DNA from: Nitrospirota bacterium
Lineage (GTDB): Bacteria > Nitrospirota > UBA9217
Direction of reading: 5' to 3'
DNA: 23,858 nucleotides
Assembly: GCA_029858565.1 (NCBI GenBank)
Contig: JAOUEV010000052.1
Span: 1-23,858 of the forward strand
A program made the translations under genes and the position numbers. The notes below the pieces were generated by a model, which saw only the letters and a list, made by a program, of their open reading frames with translations, searched no databases and had not been told where the DNA came from. This document shows positions 7,608 to 16,351 of the stretch, piece by piece; within the stretch, counting starts at the first letter, position 1, and each line of letters begins with the position of its first letter.

Positions 7608-9842
7608 ATGGAGAAGAAGATCGGCCTGTATATATGCAAAGGATGCGGCATCGCCGACGCGGTGGATGTCGACAAGCTCGTCAAGAACGTCAAGAAAATG
7701 CCGGTGTGCAAGACCCACGATGTGCTCTGCAGCGCTGAAGGTCTGCAGATGATCAAAGGTGACATGACATCGGAAGGTGTGAATACCATGGTGATCGCGG
7801 CCTGTTCGCCGCGTGTGAAGTTCGCCGAGTTCGATTTCCCCGGTTCGCTCGTTGAGCGCGCCAATATACGCGAGTTCGTGGCCTGGACGCTCGAGGCCAA
7901 GTCAGCCCAGGCCCAATCAGCCGCCGAGGACTACATCAACATGGGCATCGTGAAGGCCCAGAAGGCAGATGTGCCTCAGCCCAATGTTCTCGCGGACCTG
8001 AACAGCACGATCCTCGTGATCGGCGGCGGCATCGCCGGTATGAACGCCGCCCTGGCTGGGGCGAACGCCGGCCAGAAGGTCGTGCTCGTTGAGAAGGATG
8101 CTCAGCTCGGCGGATTCGTGAACAAGCTCTACAAGAAGATCCCGACGGCGTCCGTGTTCCAGGAGCCGCTCATCGTTGATACGGAGATCGAGAAGACGGT
8201 GAAGGACGTGGAAGGGAACGGCAACATCAAGGTCTACAAGTCCACGACCGTGGCAAAGACCGACGGCCAGCCTGGTCTCTATGACGTCACGCTCTCGAAC
8301 GGCGAGCAGCTCAAGATCGGCGCGATCGTTATGGCAACAGGCTGGAAGCCCTATGACGCGACCAAGCTGGGACACCTGGGCTACGGTCTGTCGAAGAACG
8401 TGGTGACGAACATCGAGCTTGAGGAGATCGCCAAGAAGAACAACGGCAAGATCGTTCGTCCCTCGGACGGCAAGGAAGCGACCAAGGTCGCCTTTGTGCA
8501 GTGCGCCGGCCAGCGGGACCCGAACCACCTGCCCTACTGCTCGGGCATGTGCTGCGCCTCGTCGCTCAAGCAGGCCAAGTACGTGCGGGCGAACAAGGAT
8601 GCCGTGGCAATGGTGTTCTACAAGGACATCCGGACGCCCGGCCGTACCGAGTTGTACTACAAAGAAGCCCAGAACGACCCGGGCGTGATGCTCTCAAAGG
8701 CAGATGTGACCGGCGTGTCAGATGCCGGGAACGGCAATCTGTACGTGGAGATGGAGAACACCCTGTTCGGCACGAAAACCGGAGAAAAAGTGAAGGTCGA
8801 GGCCGACCTGGTAGTGCTCGCCACGGGCATGGTCCCGACCACGCGCGGGCCGCAGGAATATCTGGACGGCCTGACCAAGGCAGCTGGCGGCGGCGATGAT
8901 TCCAAGAAGGCTTATCTTGAGCAGACGCCGAAGCCTGACTACATCCTGAACCTCGGCTATCGCCAGGGTCCGGAGATCCCCTCTCTCGAGGGCGCAGCCG
9001 GTTTTGCTGATTCGAACTTCATCTGCTTCCAGTACGAGACCCGCCGCACGGGCATCTATGCCGCCGGCTCGGTGCACCAGCCCATGAACATGGCCGAGGC
9101 GATCGAGGACGGCCAGGGCGCGGCCTTCAAGGCTATCCAGGCCATGGACCATGTGGCACGGGGTGTTGCTGTACATCCGCGCGCGTGGGATATGACCTAT
9201 CCTGATCCGCTCCTGATCAAGTGCACGGCCTGTAAGCGCTGCACGGAAGAGTGTCCCTTCGGCGCCATCGACGAAGACGAGAAGGGCATCCCCAAGTACA
9301 ACATCAACCGCTGCCGTCGTTGCGGAACCTGCATGGGAGCTTGCCCGGAACGCATCGTGTCTTTCAAGGACTACAGCGTCGACATCGTCGGGTCCATGCT
9401 TAAGGCTATTGACGTGCCTGATGACGAGGACGAGACCCGCGTGGTCTGCCTGGTCTGCGAGAACGATTCCTATCCCGCGCTCGACACGGCGGCCATCAAC
9501 CGGAAGCAGCTTCATCCGGGCGTCCGCTTTGTTTCGATGCGCTGCCTGGGCGGTATGAACCTGGTGTGGGTTGCCGACGCGCTTTCCAAGGGCATCGACG
9601 GCATGCTGCTTCTGGGCTGCAAGTACGGCGAGAACTATCAGTGTCACTTTGTGAAGGGCAGCGAGCTGGCGAACACCCGCTTCAGCAAGGTGTCCGAGAC
9701 CCTGAACCGGCTCCAGCTCGAATCCGAGCGCGTTGGCCTGATGCAGATCGCAATCAACGAGTACGACAAGCTGCCGGAAATGATCAACGACTTCGTGGAG
9801 AAGGTGAAGGAGTTTGGTCCGAATCCGTTCAAGAGCATGTAA
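7608..9842 (+). CDS. qmoB: QmoB (HdrA-like flavoprotein, ferredoxin and MvhD-like domains)
   Basis: N-terminal CKGC...ACSPR, IGGGIAG, QCAGQRD, CSGMCC, LGYRQGPE, CTACKRCTEECP, CRRCGTCMGACP, and C-terminal MvhD-like CENDSYPALD...RCLG...GCKYG...QCHF. Confidence 0.96.
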   Translation: MEKKIGLYICKGCGIADAVDVDKLVKNVKKMPVCKTHDVLCSAEGLQMIKGDMTSEGVNTMVIAACSPRVKFAEFDFPGSLVERANIREFVAWTLEAKSAQAQSAAEDYINMGIVKAQKADVPQPNVLADLNSTILVIGGGIAGMNAALAGANAGQKVVLVEKDAQLGGFVNKLYKKIPTASVFQEPLIVDTEIEKTVKDVEGNGNIKVYKSTTVAKTDGQPGLYDVTLSNGEQLKIGAIVMATGWKPYDATKLGHLGYGLSKNVVTNIELEEIAKKNNGKIVRPSDGKEATKVAFVQCAGQRDPNHLPYCSGMCCASSLKQAKYVRANKDAVAMVFYKDIRTPGRTELYYKEAQNDPGVMLSKADVTGVSDAGNGNLYVEMENTLFGTKTGEKVKVEADLVVLATGMVPTTRGPQEYLDGLTKAAGGGDDSKKAYLEQTPKPDYILNLGYRQGPEIPSLEGAAGFADSNFICFQYETRRTGIYAAGSVHQPMNMAEAIEDGQGAAFKAIQAMDHVARGVAVHPRAWDMTYPDPLLIKCTACKRCTEECPFGAIDEDEKGIPKYNINRCRRCGTCMGACPERIVSFKDYSVDIVGSMLKAIDVPDDEDETRVVCLVCENDSYPALDTAAINRKQLHPGVRFVSMRCLGGMNLVWVADALSKGIDGMLLLGCKYGENYQCHFVKGSELANTRFSKVSETLNRLQLESERVGLMQIAINEYDKLPEMINDFVEKVKEFGPNPFKSM

Positions 9843-9850
9843 TCAGAAAT

Positions 9851-9878
9851 GCGGAGCGCGGAATGCGGAGTGCGGAAT
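9851..9878 (+). repeat. Heptamer tandem array, 4 x GCGGARY, between qmoB and qmoC
   Basis: gcggagc gcggaat gcggagt gcggaat, preceded by a degenerate cagaaat. Confidence 0.85.
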
Positions 9879-9923
9879 TAATAACAAAGATCACTCCTAA
9901 CAAAGCATGTGGAGGATGTAAAT

Positions 9924-11090
9924 ATGTCAGACGCAACGGTCATTAAACCAGACCTGCAGTTCGTAAGTGAGATCATCAAGGGCGGCGGCGAGTCCCTGAA
10001 GAAGTGCTATCAGTGCGCCACCTGCTCTGTGGTGTGCAACGTGACGCCCGAGGGCAATCCCTTCCCGCGGAAGGAGATGGTGCTCGCGCAGTGGGGCCAA
10101 AAGGACAAGCTGATCACGAGTCCCGATGTATGGCTCTGCCACCAGTGCAGCGATTGCACCGCCTACTGCCCGCGCGGCGCCAAGCCGGGCGAGGTGCTGA
10201 ACGCCATCCGGAAACAGAGCATCAAGGAAGTTGCCATGATCCCGCTTTTCGCGAAGATCGCCACTGACCCGAAGCTCATCTGGCTCCTTTTTGCGATCCC
10301 GATGGCACTGTTCTACATTGTTCTGACGGTCCTCGGAAACACCAATATCGATGTCGTCCGCGCCAAGAGCAGCCACATGGCATATCACAACTTCATGCCG
10401 GTGCCGGCGATCGATGTCATCTTCATCCTTACCGCGGCATTTGCCGCCACGTCGGCATTCGTGGGGATCAAACGGCTCTGGGCAGGCATGCAGGCAAATG
10501 CAGGAACCGCGCAGGGATCGGGAAGTCCGTTCGGTCATATCCTTCCGGCCGTGACCACGATCCTGGCCCACAAGAAGTTCGCTGACTGCAACGTTAGCCG
10601 CCTTCGCCAGTGGGGCCACTTGCTGCTGTTCTACGCATTCGCAGGCCTGGCGATCGTGACCACCTGGGCGATCGTGTATCTCTATGGACACGAATTCCTC
10701 GGCATCAAGGCCTTCGGGCCCTTTAATTTCGGCGAAGCGCCCTATCCGATGACCGACCCCATGAAGATGCTGGCGCTCGCAAGCTCGGTTGCGTTCGCGA
10801 TCGGCTTTACGATCATCCTGCTGAACCGTCTCGGCAACGCCGGGAAGGCGGGCATGGGTTCCTACTTCGACTGGATTTTCCTGCTGATCGTGATCGGCGT
10901 GGGTGCCACGGGAATGCTGTCCTGGGGTCTCCGGCTCGCGGACGTGACCATGGGATACTGGGTATATTATTTCCACCTCGTGTTCGTATGGTCGCTGTTC
11001 GCATATGCGCCCTACTCCAAGTTTGCGCACTTGTTCTATCGTACGACGGCAATGGTGTTCGCAAAGTACACGGGAAGGGACAAGAAATAA
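9924..11090 (+). CDS. qmoC: QmoC (HdrC-like 2x[4Fe-4S] domain plus heme b membrane domain)
   Basis: CYQCATCSVVC, CHQCSDCTAYCP, several TM helices with His residues (WGHLL, YFHLV, PYSKFAH). ATG 9924 with GGAGG SD at 9911-9915. Confidence 0.95.
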   Translation: MSDATVIKPDLQFVSEIIKGGGESLKKCYQCATCSVVCNVTPEGNPFPRKEMVLAQWGQKDKLITSPDVWLCHQCSDCTAYCPRGAKPGEVLNAIRKQSIKEVAMIPLFAKIATDPKLIWLLFAIPMALFYIVLTVLGNTNIDVVRAKSSHMAYHNFMPVPAIDVIFILTAAFAATSAFVGIKRLWAGMQANAGTAQGSGSPFGHILPAVTTILAHKKFADCNVSRLRQWGHLLLFYAFAGLAIVTTWAIVYLYGHEFLGIKAFGPFNFGEAPYPMTDPMKMLALASSVAFAIGFTIILLNRLGNAGKAGMGSYFDWIFLLIVIGVGATGMLSWGLRLADVTMGYWVYYFHLVFVWSLFAYAPYSKFAHLFYRTTAMVFAKYTGRDKK

Positions 11091-11141
11091 GGGTAAGGAC
11101 GGGCTGTAAGCACGTCTTTGCAGGAATTTTCGGGACAAGCT

Positions 11142-11573
11142 ATGAAAGTCAAAGAACTGCTCAGTATAAAAGGCATTGAATGCTTCAGCATCATGAGCGA
11201 TCAAACGCTTCTGGATGCTGCAAAACAGATGGCGGAGTGCAAGATCGGCGCGTTGCTGGTGATGGAAAAAGGACACCTGGCGGGCATCATCACTGAGCGC
11301 GACGTGGTGAAGGTCCTTGCCAATGAAAAGGACTGCCGCACCGTCAACATCAAGGATGTGATGACCACGAACCTGCTGGTCTCCAAATCTGGCGATGATC
11401 TCGATTATGTCATGGCTGTCATGATCCAGAACAACATCCGGCATCTGCCGGTCGTGGAGGAGAGCGGACTGGTTGGCATGCTTTCCATGCGCGATGTCGT
11501 GCGCGTTCTGGTAAAAAACCTGAAGGCGGAGAACCAGTACCTGAAGGATTTCATCGGCGGTTTCGACGCATAA
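11142..11573 (+). CDS. Stand-alone tandem CBS-domain protein
   Basis: KIGALLVME..GIITERD and NIRHLPVVE..GMLSMRD CBS pair. The start MKVKELL is typical of the family; the SD is weak. Confidence 0.9.
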   Translation: MKVKELLSIKGIECFSIMSDQTLLDAAKQMAECKIGALLVMEKGHLAGIITERDVVKVLANEKDCRTVNIKDVMTTNLLVSKSGDDLDYVMAVMIQNNIRHLPVVEESGLVGMLSMRDVVRVLVKNLKAENQYLKDFIGGFDA

Positions 11574-11715
11574 AAGAAAAGACGGAAAGAAAAGGCATCG
11601 AAGTTAGGAATGACGAGGGGGGATGCCGGACAGGGCCATCTTTAACAAGTTTGCAGCAAGAACACCGATATCATAAGTACTAGCTTTACAAATCTGTCAA
11701 AGGAGGAGAGAGAAA

Positions 11716-13818
11716 ATGGAGTTTTCAAGCAATTTGGTTATGACGTTCGCGATCGCATGCGGCGTACTCGGCGTTGTATACGCCTTGTTCATTGCCGCGT
11801 GGGTCAACAAGCAGGATGCAGGAAATGAAAAGATGAAGCAGATCTCTGATGCGGTGAAGGAAGGCGCATATGCATTCCTCGCACGCGAGTACAAGACCGT
11901 GGCAGTTGTCGCCGCTGTCCTGTTCATCGTTCTGGCCGTGGTGCCGAAGCTCGGTATCTGGTCAGCCGTCGGATTCCTGATCGGCACGGTCGGTTCCGCT
12001 CTGGCCGGATTCGTCGGTATGTGGGTCACGGTGCGCGCGAACGTGCGTACCACGCAGGCGGCCTCCAAGGGCCTCCAGCAGGCGCTCACGCTGTCCTTTA
12101 AGGGCGGTTCGGTGACCGGTATCATGGTGGTGGGACTCGGAATCATCGGTCTGGCCGGCTACTATTCCATTGCCCGGAGCATGGCTAGTGCTGATGAGGC
12201 TTTCGGCGCTCTTGTCGGCCTGGGCTTCGGCTGCTCGCTCATGAGCGTGTTCGCCCGTATCGCGGGCGGTATCTACACCAAGGCTGCTGACGTGGGCGCC
12301 GACCTCGTGGGTAAGGTGGAGAAGGACATCCCCGAGGACGATCCGCGCAACCCGGCAGTTATCGCCGATAACGTGGGCGACAACGTAGGTGACTGCGCCG
12401 GTATGGCCGCGGACCTCTACGAGACCTATACGGTGACCCTCGTGGCCGCCATGCTGCTCGCCAAGTCCGTGTTCGGACCGGACAGCCCCTGGGTCGCGTT
12501 CCCGCTGCTCCTCGGCGGTGTTTCGATCATCGCTTCGATCATCGGCACCTATTTCGTGAAGCTCGGCGCCAACAACTACATCATGGGCGCTCTGTACAAG
12601 GGCCTGGCGGTTTCCGGCGTCCTGGCGGCCATCGCGTTCTTCTTCGTGTCCAAGTGGTTTGTGACCTCGCTCGGCACCGATCCGGCGGCCACGGGCGGTT
12701 TCACTGCCATGAGCATATTCGGCACGGCCCTGATCGGTTTGGCCCTTACCGGCCTCATCGTCTGGATCACCGAGTACTACACAGCCAAGGAGTTCCGGCC
12801 TGTTAAGACCATTGCCAAGGCCAGCCTCACCGGCCACGGCACGAACGTGATCGCAGGTCTGGCCATGAGCATGGAAGCCACCGCGCTTCCGGTGCTGGTC
12901 ATTGTCGGCTCCATCATGGGCGCATACTGGCTTGGAAACGGATTCGTTCCCGGTCAGGCCGCCTATGGTCTCTTCGCAATTGCGCTGTCTGCCGTGTCCA
13001 TGCTGTCCATGACGGGCATCGTGGTGGCAATCGACTCCTACGGCCCGATCACGGACAACGCGGGTGGTATTGCTGAAATGTCCGGACTTCCGCAGTCGGT
13101 TCGCGACGTGACGGACCCGCTTGATGCGGTCGGCAACACGACCAAGGCCGTTACCAAGGGCTATGCCATCGGTTCTGCAGGTCTGGCCGCCCTGGTGCTC
13201 TTTGCTGAGTATTCCCGCGAATTGGCCCACAAGGCAGCCGGCGCGGTCGCTTTCGATCTTTCCGATCCCCTTGTCATCGCCGGCCTGTTCCTTGGCGGCC
13301 TGATCCCCTACTACTACGGTGCACGTCTGATGCTGGCTGTGGGTAAGGCTGCAGGCGGTGTGGTGGATGAAGTGCGGCGTCAGTTCCGCGAAATCCCGGG
13401 CATCATGGAAGGCACGGGCAAGCCTCAGTACGGCAAGTGCGTGGACATCGTGACACAGTCAGCGATCAAGGAAATGATGATCCCGGCGCTCCTGCCCGTG
13501 GTCGCCCCGATCGTTGTCGGCTTTGTCCTCGGCCCCAAGGCCCTGGGCGGACTCCTGATCGGCTCGATCCTGACCGGTCTGTTCCAGGCAATCGCCATGA
13601 CCTCCGGCGGCGGAGCATGGGACAACGCCAAGAAGTCCTTTGAGGACGGCGTGACGGACGAGAAGGGTGTGGTCCACAAGAAGAAGTCCGATGGTCACAA
13701 GGCCTCGGTGACCGGCGACACGGTCGGCGATCCTTACAAGGACACCGCCGGTCCGGCCATCAACCCGATGATCAAGGTCATCAACATCGTGGCCCTGCTT
13801 ATTGTACCGCTCATCTAG
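11716..13818 (+). CDS. hppA: Membrane-bound H+-translocating pyrophosphatase, predicted K+-independent
   Basis: [49 protein letters not shown] (Lys variant), [20 protein letters not shown]. Many TM helices. Confidence 0.97.
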   Translation: MEFSSNLVMTFAIACGVLGVVYALFIAAWVNKQDAGNEKMKQISDAVKEGAYAFLAREYKTVAVVAAVLFIVLAVVPKLGIWSAVGFLIGTVGSALAGFVGMWVTVRANVRTTQAASKGLQQALTLSFKGGSVTGIMVVGLGIIGLAGYYSIARSMASADEAFGALVGLGFGCSLMSVFARIAGGIYTKAADVGADLVGKVEKDIPEDDPRNPAVIADNVGDNVGDCAGMAADLYETYTVTLVAAMLLAKSVFGPDSPWVAFPLLLGGVSIIASIIGTYFVKLGANNYIMGALYKGLAVSGVLAAIAFFFVSKWFVTSLGTDPAATGGFTAMSIFGTALIGLALTGLIVWITEYYTAKEFRPVKTIAKASLTGHGTNVIAGLAMSMEATALPVLVIVGSIMGAYWLGNGFVPGQAAYGLFAIALSAVSMLSMTGIVVAIDSYGPITDNAGGIAEMSGLPQSVRDVTDPLDAVGNTTKAVTKGYAIGSAGLAALVLFAEYSRELAHKAAGAVAFDLSDPLVIAGLFLGGLIPYYYGARLMLAVGKAAGGVVDEVRRQFREIPGIMEGTGKPQYGKCVDIVTQSAIKEMMIPALLPVVAPIVVGFVLGPKALGGLLIGSILTGLFQAIAMTSGGGAWDNAKKSFEDGVTDEKGVVHKKKSDGHKASVTGDTVGDPYKDTAGPAINPMIKVINIVALLIVPLI

Positions 13819-13841
13819 TACGGATCTCTCGCATTACCAGG

Positions 13842-13870
13842 GGGCTGGCCGAAAGGCCAGCCCTTTTTTT
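13842..13870 (+). terminator. Rho-independent terminator ending the adk...hppA block
   Basis: GGGCTGGCC-GAAA-GGCCAGCCC followed by T7. Confidence 0.93.
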
Positions 13871-13972
13871 ATTCAAGCACTTGGCCGGCACTAAGGGCGG
13901 CAAGGGGCCCGTAGTGCGGAGAAAACCGCTTATCGCTCTATTGGCGGATTCGGCGAATGTCGCGGCAAAATG

Positions 13973-14001
13973 TTTATATTTCTCCGATGAAGTGGTATTA
14001 T
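13973..14001 (+). promoter_or_regulatory. Putative sigma70 promoter with extended -10
   Basis: TTTATA (13973-13978), 17 nt, then TATTAT (13996-14001), with TG at 13993-13994. Confidence 0.5.
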
Positions 14002-14010
14002 GGCCATCCG

Positions 14011-14508
14011 ATGTGGAGCGAACAGGTTTTGATCGATACCGGGTGCTCACCCGATGTGGTTGCGCACTGCCGGGCGGTCTCTCTGGCGGCGGAAGCGCTG
14101 GCTGCAAGGGTACTGGCGGCGCCGGTTGATGTCGATCTGGTTCGTCAGGGCGGTCTGTTGCATGACATCGGCCGGTCGCGGACGCAGGGAATCGGTCATG
14201 CGCTTGCAGGCGTGGAAATAGGACGCGGGCTCGGATTCTCTCCGGCACTCCTGAACATCATCGAACGCCACATCGGCGCAGGCATAACTGCGGGAGAGGC
14301 AGAGCGGCTCGGTCTTCCGCGCAGGGATTATCTTCCGATCACGGTGGAGGAGAAGATCGTCTCCTACGCTGACAATCTCACCAAGGGGAGCACACCCATG
14401 AGCTTTGAAGCGGCCCTCCGACGGTTCACGGAGATCCTCGGGCATGACCATGAGGGCATCGAGCTGTTCCGCAGACAGCACGATGAGGTCCAAAGCTGGA
14501 TGCGTTAG
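14011..14508 (+). CDS. HD(IG)-domain metal-dependent phosphohydrolase, TIGR00295-like
   Basis: HCRAV, LLHDIGRSRT, HALAG, IIERHIGAGI, LGLP..DYLP.TVEEKIVSYADNL. The start is uncertain (13957, 13987 or 14011); 14011 fits the upstream promoter. Confidence 0.85.
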   Translation: MWSEQVLIDTGCSPDVVAHCRAVSLAAEALAARVLAAPVDVDLVRQGGLLHDIGRSRTQGIGHALAGVEIGRGLGFSPALLNIIERHIGAGITAGEAERLGLPRRDYLPITVEEKIVSYADNLTKGSTPMSFEAALRRFTEILGHDHEGIELFRRQHDEVQSWMR

Positions 14509-14548
14509 TTTTACAGGTGTCCGGTAATTAATGATAAGGAGTAGCGCC

Positions 14549-15454
14549 ATGAGCAAGAAAAAGAAAGAACAGCCGGAAGAGATCGAGGTCCTTTCAAAAG
14601 CCAAGAAGAGCGACAAGGTCGTTCCGGTGAAACTGACCAAGGACAGCCGGTTCCATTTCCGCTGCCATCCGAAGGTCCGGTGCTTTACCGCCTGCTGCAG
14701 CAACGTGAACATCGCACTTCCTCCCTACGACCTGCTGCGTCTTCGGAAACGCCTTGGACTGGCGGCTGACGAGTTCATCAAGCAGTACGGCGATATACAG
14801 GTCCTGGACAAGACGCTCTTTCCCGTGGTAACGCTCAGAATGCGTGACGATGAGAAGAAAAGCTGTCCCTTTGTGACTCCCGAAGGCTGTACGGTCTACG
14901 AGGACCGGCCGAACATCTGCAGATATTATCCCGTGGGCATGGCGACGCTCCGGAAGCTCGATGCCGAGGGCGGCAAGGACGAGTTCTATTTCATGACCCG
15001 GGAGGACCACTGCAAGGGTTTTGAAGAGGAAAAGTTATGGACCATCGGCGAATGGCGCCAGGACCAGGGCGCGGACCTCTACGACGAGATGAACCGCGGC
15101 TGGATGGAGATCCTGATCAAGAAGAAGTCACACGGTCAGGGGAAGCCTTTTCCTGATATCAAGAACGAAATGTTCTTCAAGATGAGCTTCGACTCCGACT
15201 ACTTTCGCGCGTTCGTGTTCGGCAGCACCTTCCTGGAGATCTATGATATTCCTGCGGAACGGATCGAAAAGGTCAGGAACGATGACACGGAGCTGCTGAA
15301 ACTCTCCTATGAATGGCTCCGGCAGGCGATCTTTGCCGAGGAGACGCTGAAATTCAAGGAAGGCGTGCTGGAAAAGCGGAAGGCCCAGGCCGATGCAACG
15401 ATGCAGAAGGTGTATGGAGACAGGGAAAAGGGTTCGGTCGGTGAGATTGACTGA
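14549..15454 (+). CDS. YkgJ/UPF0153-family cysteine-cluster (putative Fe-S or Zn) protein
   Basis: CHPKVRCFTACC, CPFV...GCTVYEDRPNICRYYP, HCKGF. ATG 14549 with AAGGAG SD. Confidence 0.88.
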   Translation: MSKKKKEQPEEIEVLSKAKKSDKVVPVKLTKDSRFHFRCHPKVRCFTACCSNVNIALPPYDLLRLRKRLGLAADEFIKQYGDIQVLDKTLFPVVTLRMRDDEKKSCPFVTPEGCTVYEDRPNICRYYPVGMATLRKLDAEGGKDEFYFMTREDHCKGFEEEKLWTIGEWRQDQGADLYDEMNRGWMEILIKKKSHGQGKPFPDIKNEMFFKMSFDSDYFRAFVFGSTFLEIYDIPAERIEKVRNDDTELLKLSYEWLRQAIFAEETLKFKEGVLEKRKAQADATMQKVYGDREKGSVGEID

Positions 15455-15477
15455 TAGGCGAGAAGCAGGTAATTCCT

Positions 15478-16233
15478 TTACCTTTGTTGCTGCAACAACA
15501 CGGTCATTTCCTTGTAGATCGCATTACCAATAGAAATGCCTTGCTCGATGATCTCCGGGCCGTAACGTCTCCCTGTTGCTGTCCGGAAGGTCTCTTTGAT
15601 CGATGCGATCCCTTTCATCTTTTCCTGAAAGACCCCGTGCAGCTGCTCGGGCGGAGTGCTCCGGTCATTCACCATCAGCCAGAGGGTCGTGGTGAAGTTC
15701 TCAGGCCCCCAACGGAACTTGTCCGCGTCATAGAGCGCATCGCTGATCAGGCATCCTGCCTCGTCTCCCAGGTCGCAGGTTTTCTTGAAGGCCTCGTGGT
15801 TCCTGATCGCATAGGTGATATACCCCGTCAGCCGTCGATCAAAAGCGAGCAGGTTCAGGATCTTCTCTGCTTCCAGGCTTCCCCGCACAGCATGGTCCTG
15901 TTCCCTCCGCTTGATATCATGCAGCAGTCCGGCAATGATCGCCGCCTGCGCGAGCAGGGAAAGCTCCCGCTCTTCCAGTCGCCGGCCCCTCCCCTCGATC
16001 ATCACCAGCGCGCCTGCGTCCCGGGCAACGGCCTCGCAATGGCACAGGCCATGGGCGCATTCCAGAAGTGATTCGTCGAGACGGCCGCGGCATTCGCGGA
16101 TCGGCCCGTCGCCAGCCAGGGCCTGTTCGGACCAGGCGATCTCGCGGGTGAATCTGCGATAAAAATCGGGTTGAGCGAGGTTTCGGGCCACATCCCGCGA
16201 CAGGTCCTGGAGTCTTTTGTACAGGGCATGCAT
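15478..16233 (-). CDS. HD-domain phosphohydrolase
   Basis: HGLCH, GLLHDIKR, DHAVRG, IRNHEAF, LYDADKFRWG. The ORF-track TTG start at 16272 is the -35 box, so ATG 16233 is preferred. Confidence 0.85.
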   Translation of the reverse strand: MHALYKRLQDLSRDVARNLAQPDFYRRFTREIAWSEQALAGDGPIRECRGRLDESLLECAHGLCHCEAVARDAGALVMIEGRGRRLEERELSLLAQAAIIAGLLHDIKRREQDHAVRGSLEAEKILNLLAFDRRLTGYITYAIRNHEAFKKTCDLGDEAGCLISDALYDADKFRWGPENFTTTLWLMVNDRSTPPEQLHGVFQEKMKGIASIKETFRTATGRRYGPEIIEQGISIGNAIYKEMTVLLQQQR

Positions 16234-16242
16234 ATTGTCTTT

Positions 16243-16272
16243 ATAGTAATAGCAAATCGGGCCGGTTGTCAA
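16243..16272 (-). promoter_or_regulatory. Putative sigma70 promoter for the HD gene
   Basis: Minus strand TTGACA (16272-16267), 18 nt, then TACTAT (16248-16243). Confidence 0.65.
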
Positions 16273-16289
16273 CCCTCAGCATCTAGAGA

Positions 16290-16318
16290 TTGACTTGTCT
16301 GTTCGCATACGGTACTAT
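16290..16318 (+). promoter_or_regulatory. Putative sigma70 promoter for guaA
   Basis: TTGACT (16290-16295), 17 nt, then TACTAT (16313-16318). Confidence 0.75.
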
Positions 16319-16351
16319 TTCAACCTGACGTGATACCGAAAGGAGCATCCT

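Noticed and set aside
7596-7610. qmoA TAG is in frame with the qmoB ATG (TAG GGA ATG), suggesting read-through or pyrrolysine fusion
   Set aside because: qmoB has its own strong SD (GAGGAGG), both proteins have normal lengths, and in-frame spacing occurs one time in three by chance.
6354-9842. Selenocysteine in the HdrA-like subunits or the redoxin
   Set aside because: There are no in-frame TGA codons; all motif positions are ordinary Cys.
2384-13230. Long antisense ORFs (for example 2384-3634, 4083-5993, 6288-7718, 9927-11444, 11962-13230)
   Set aside because: They mirror well-identified genes with strong codon bias and show no motifs, so they are shadow ORFs.
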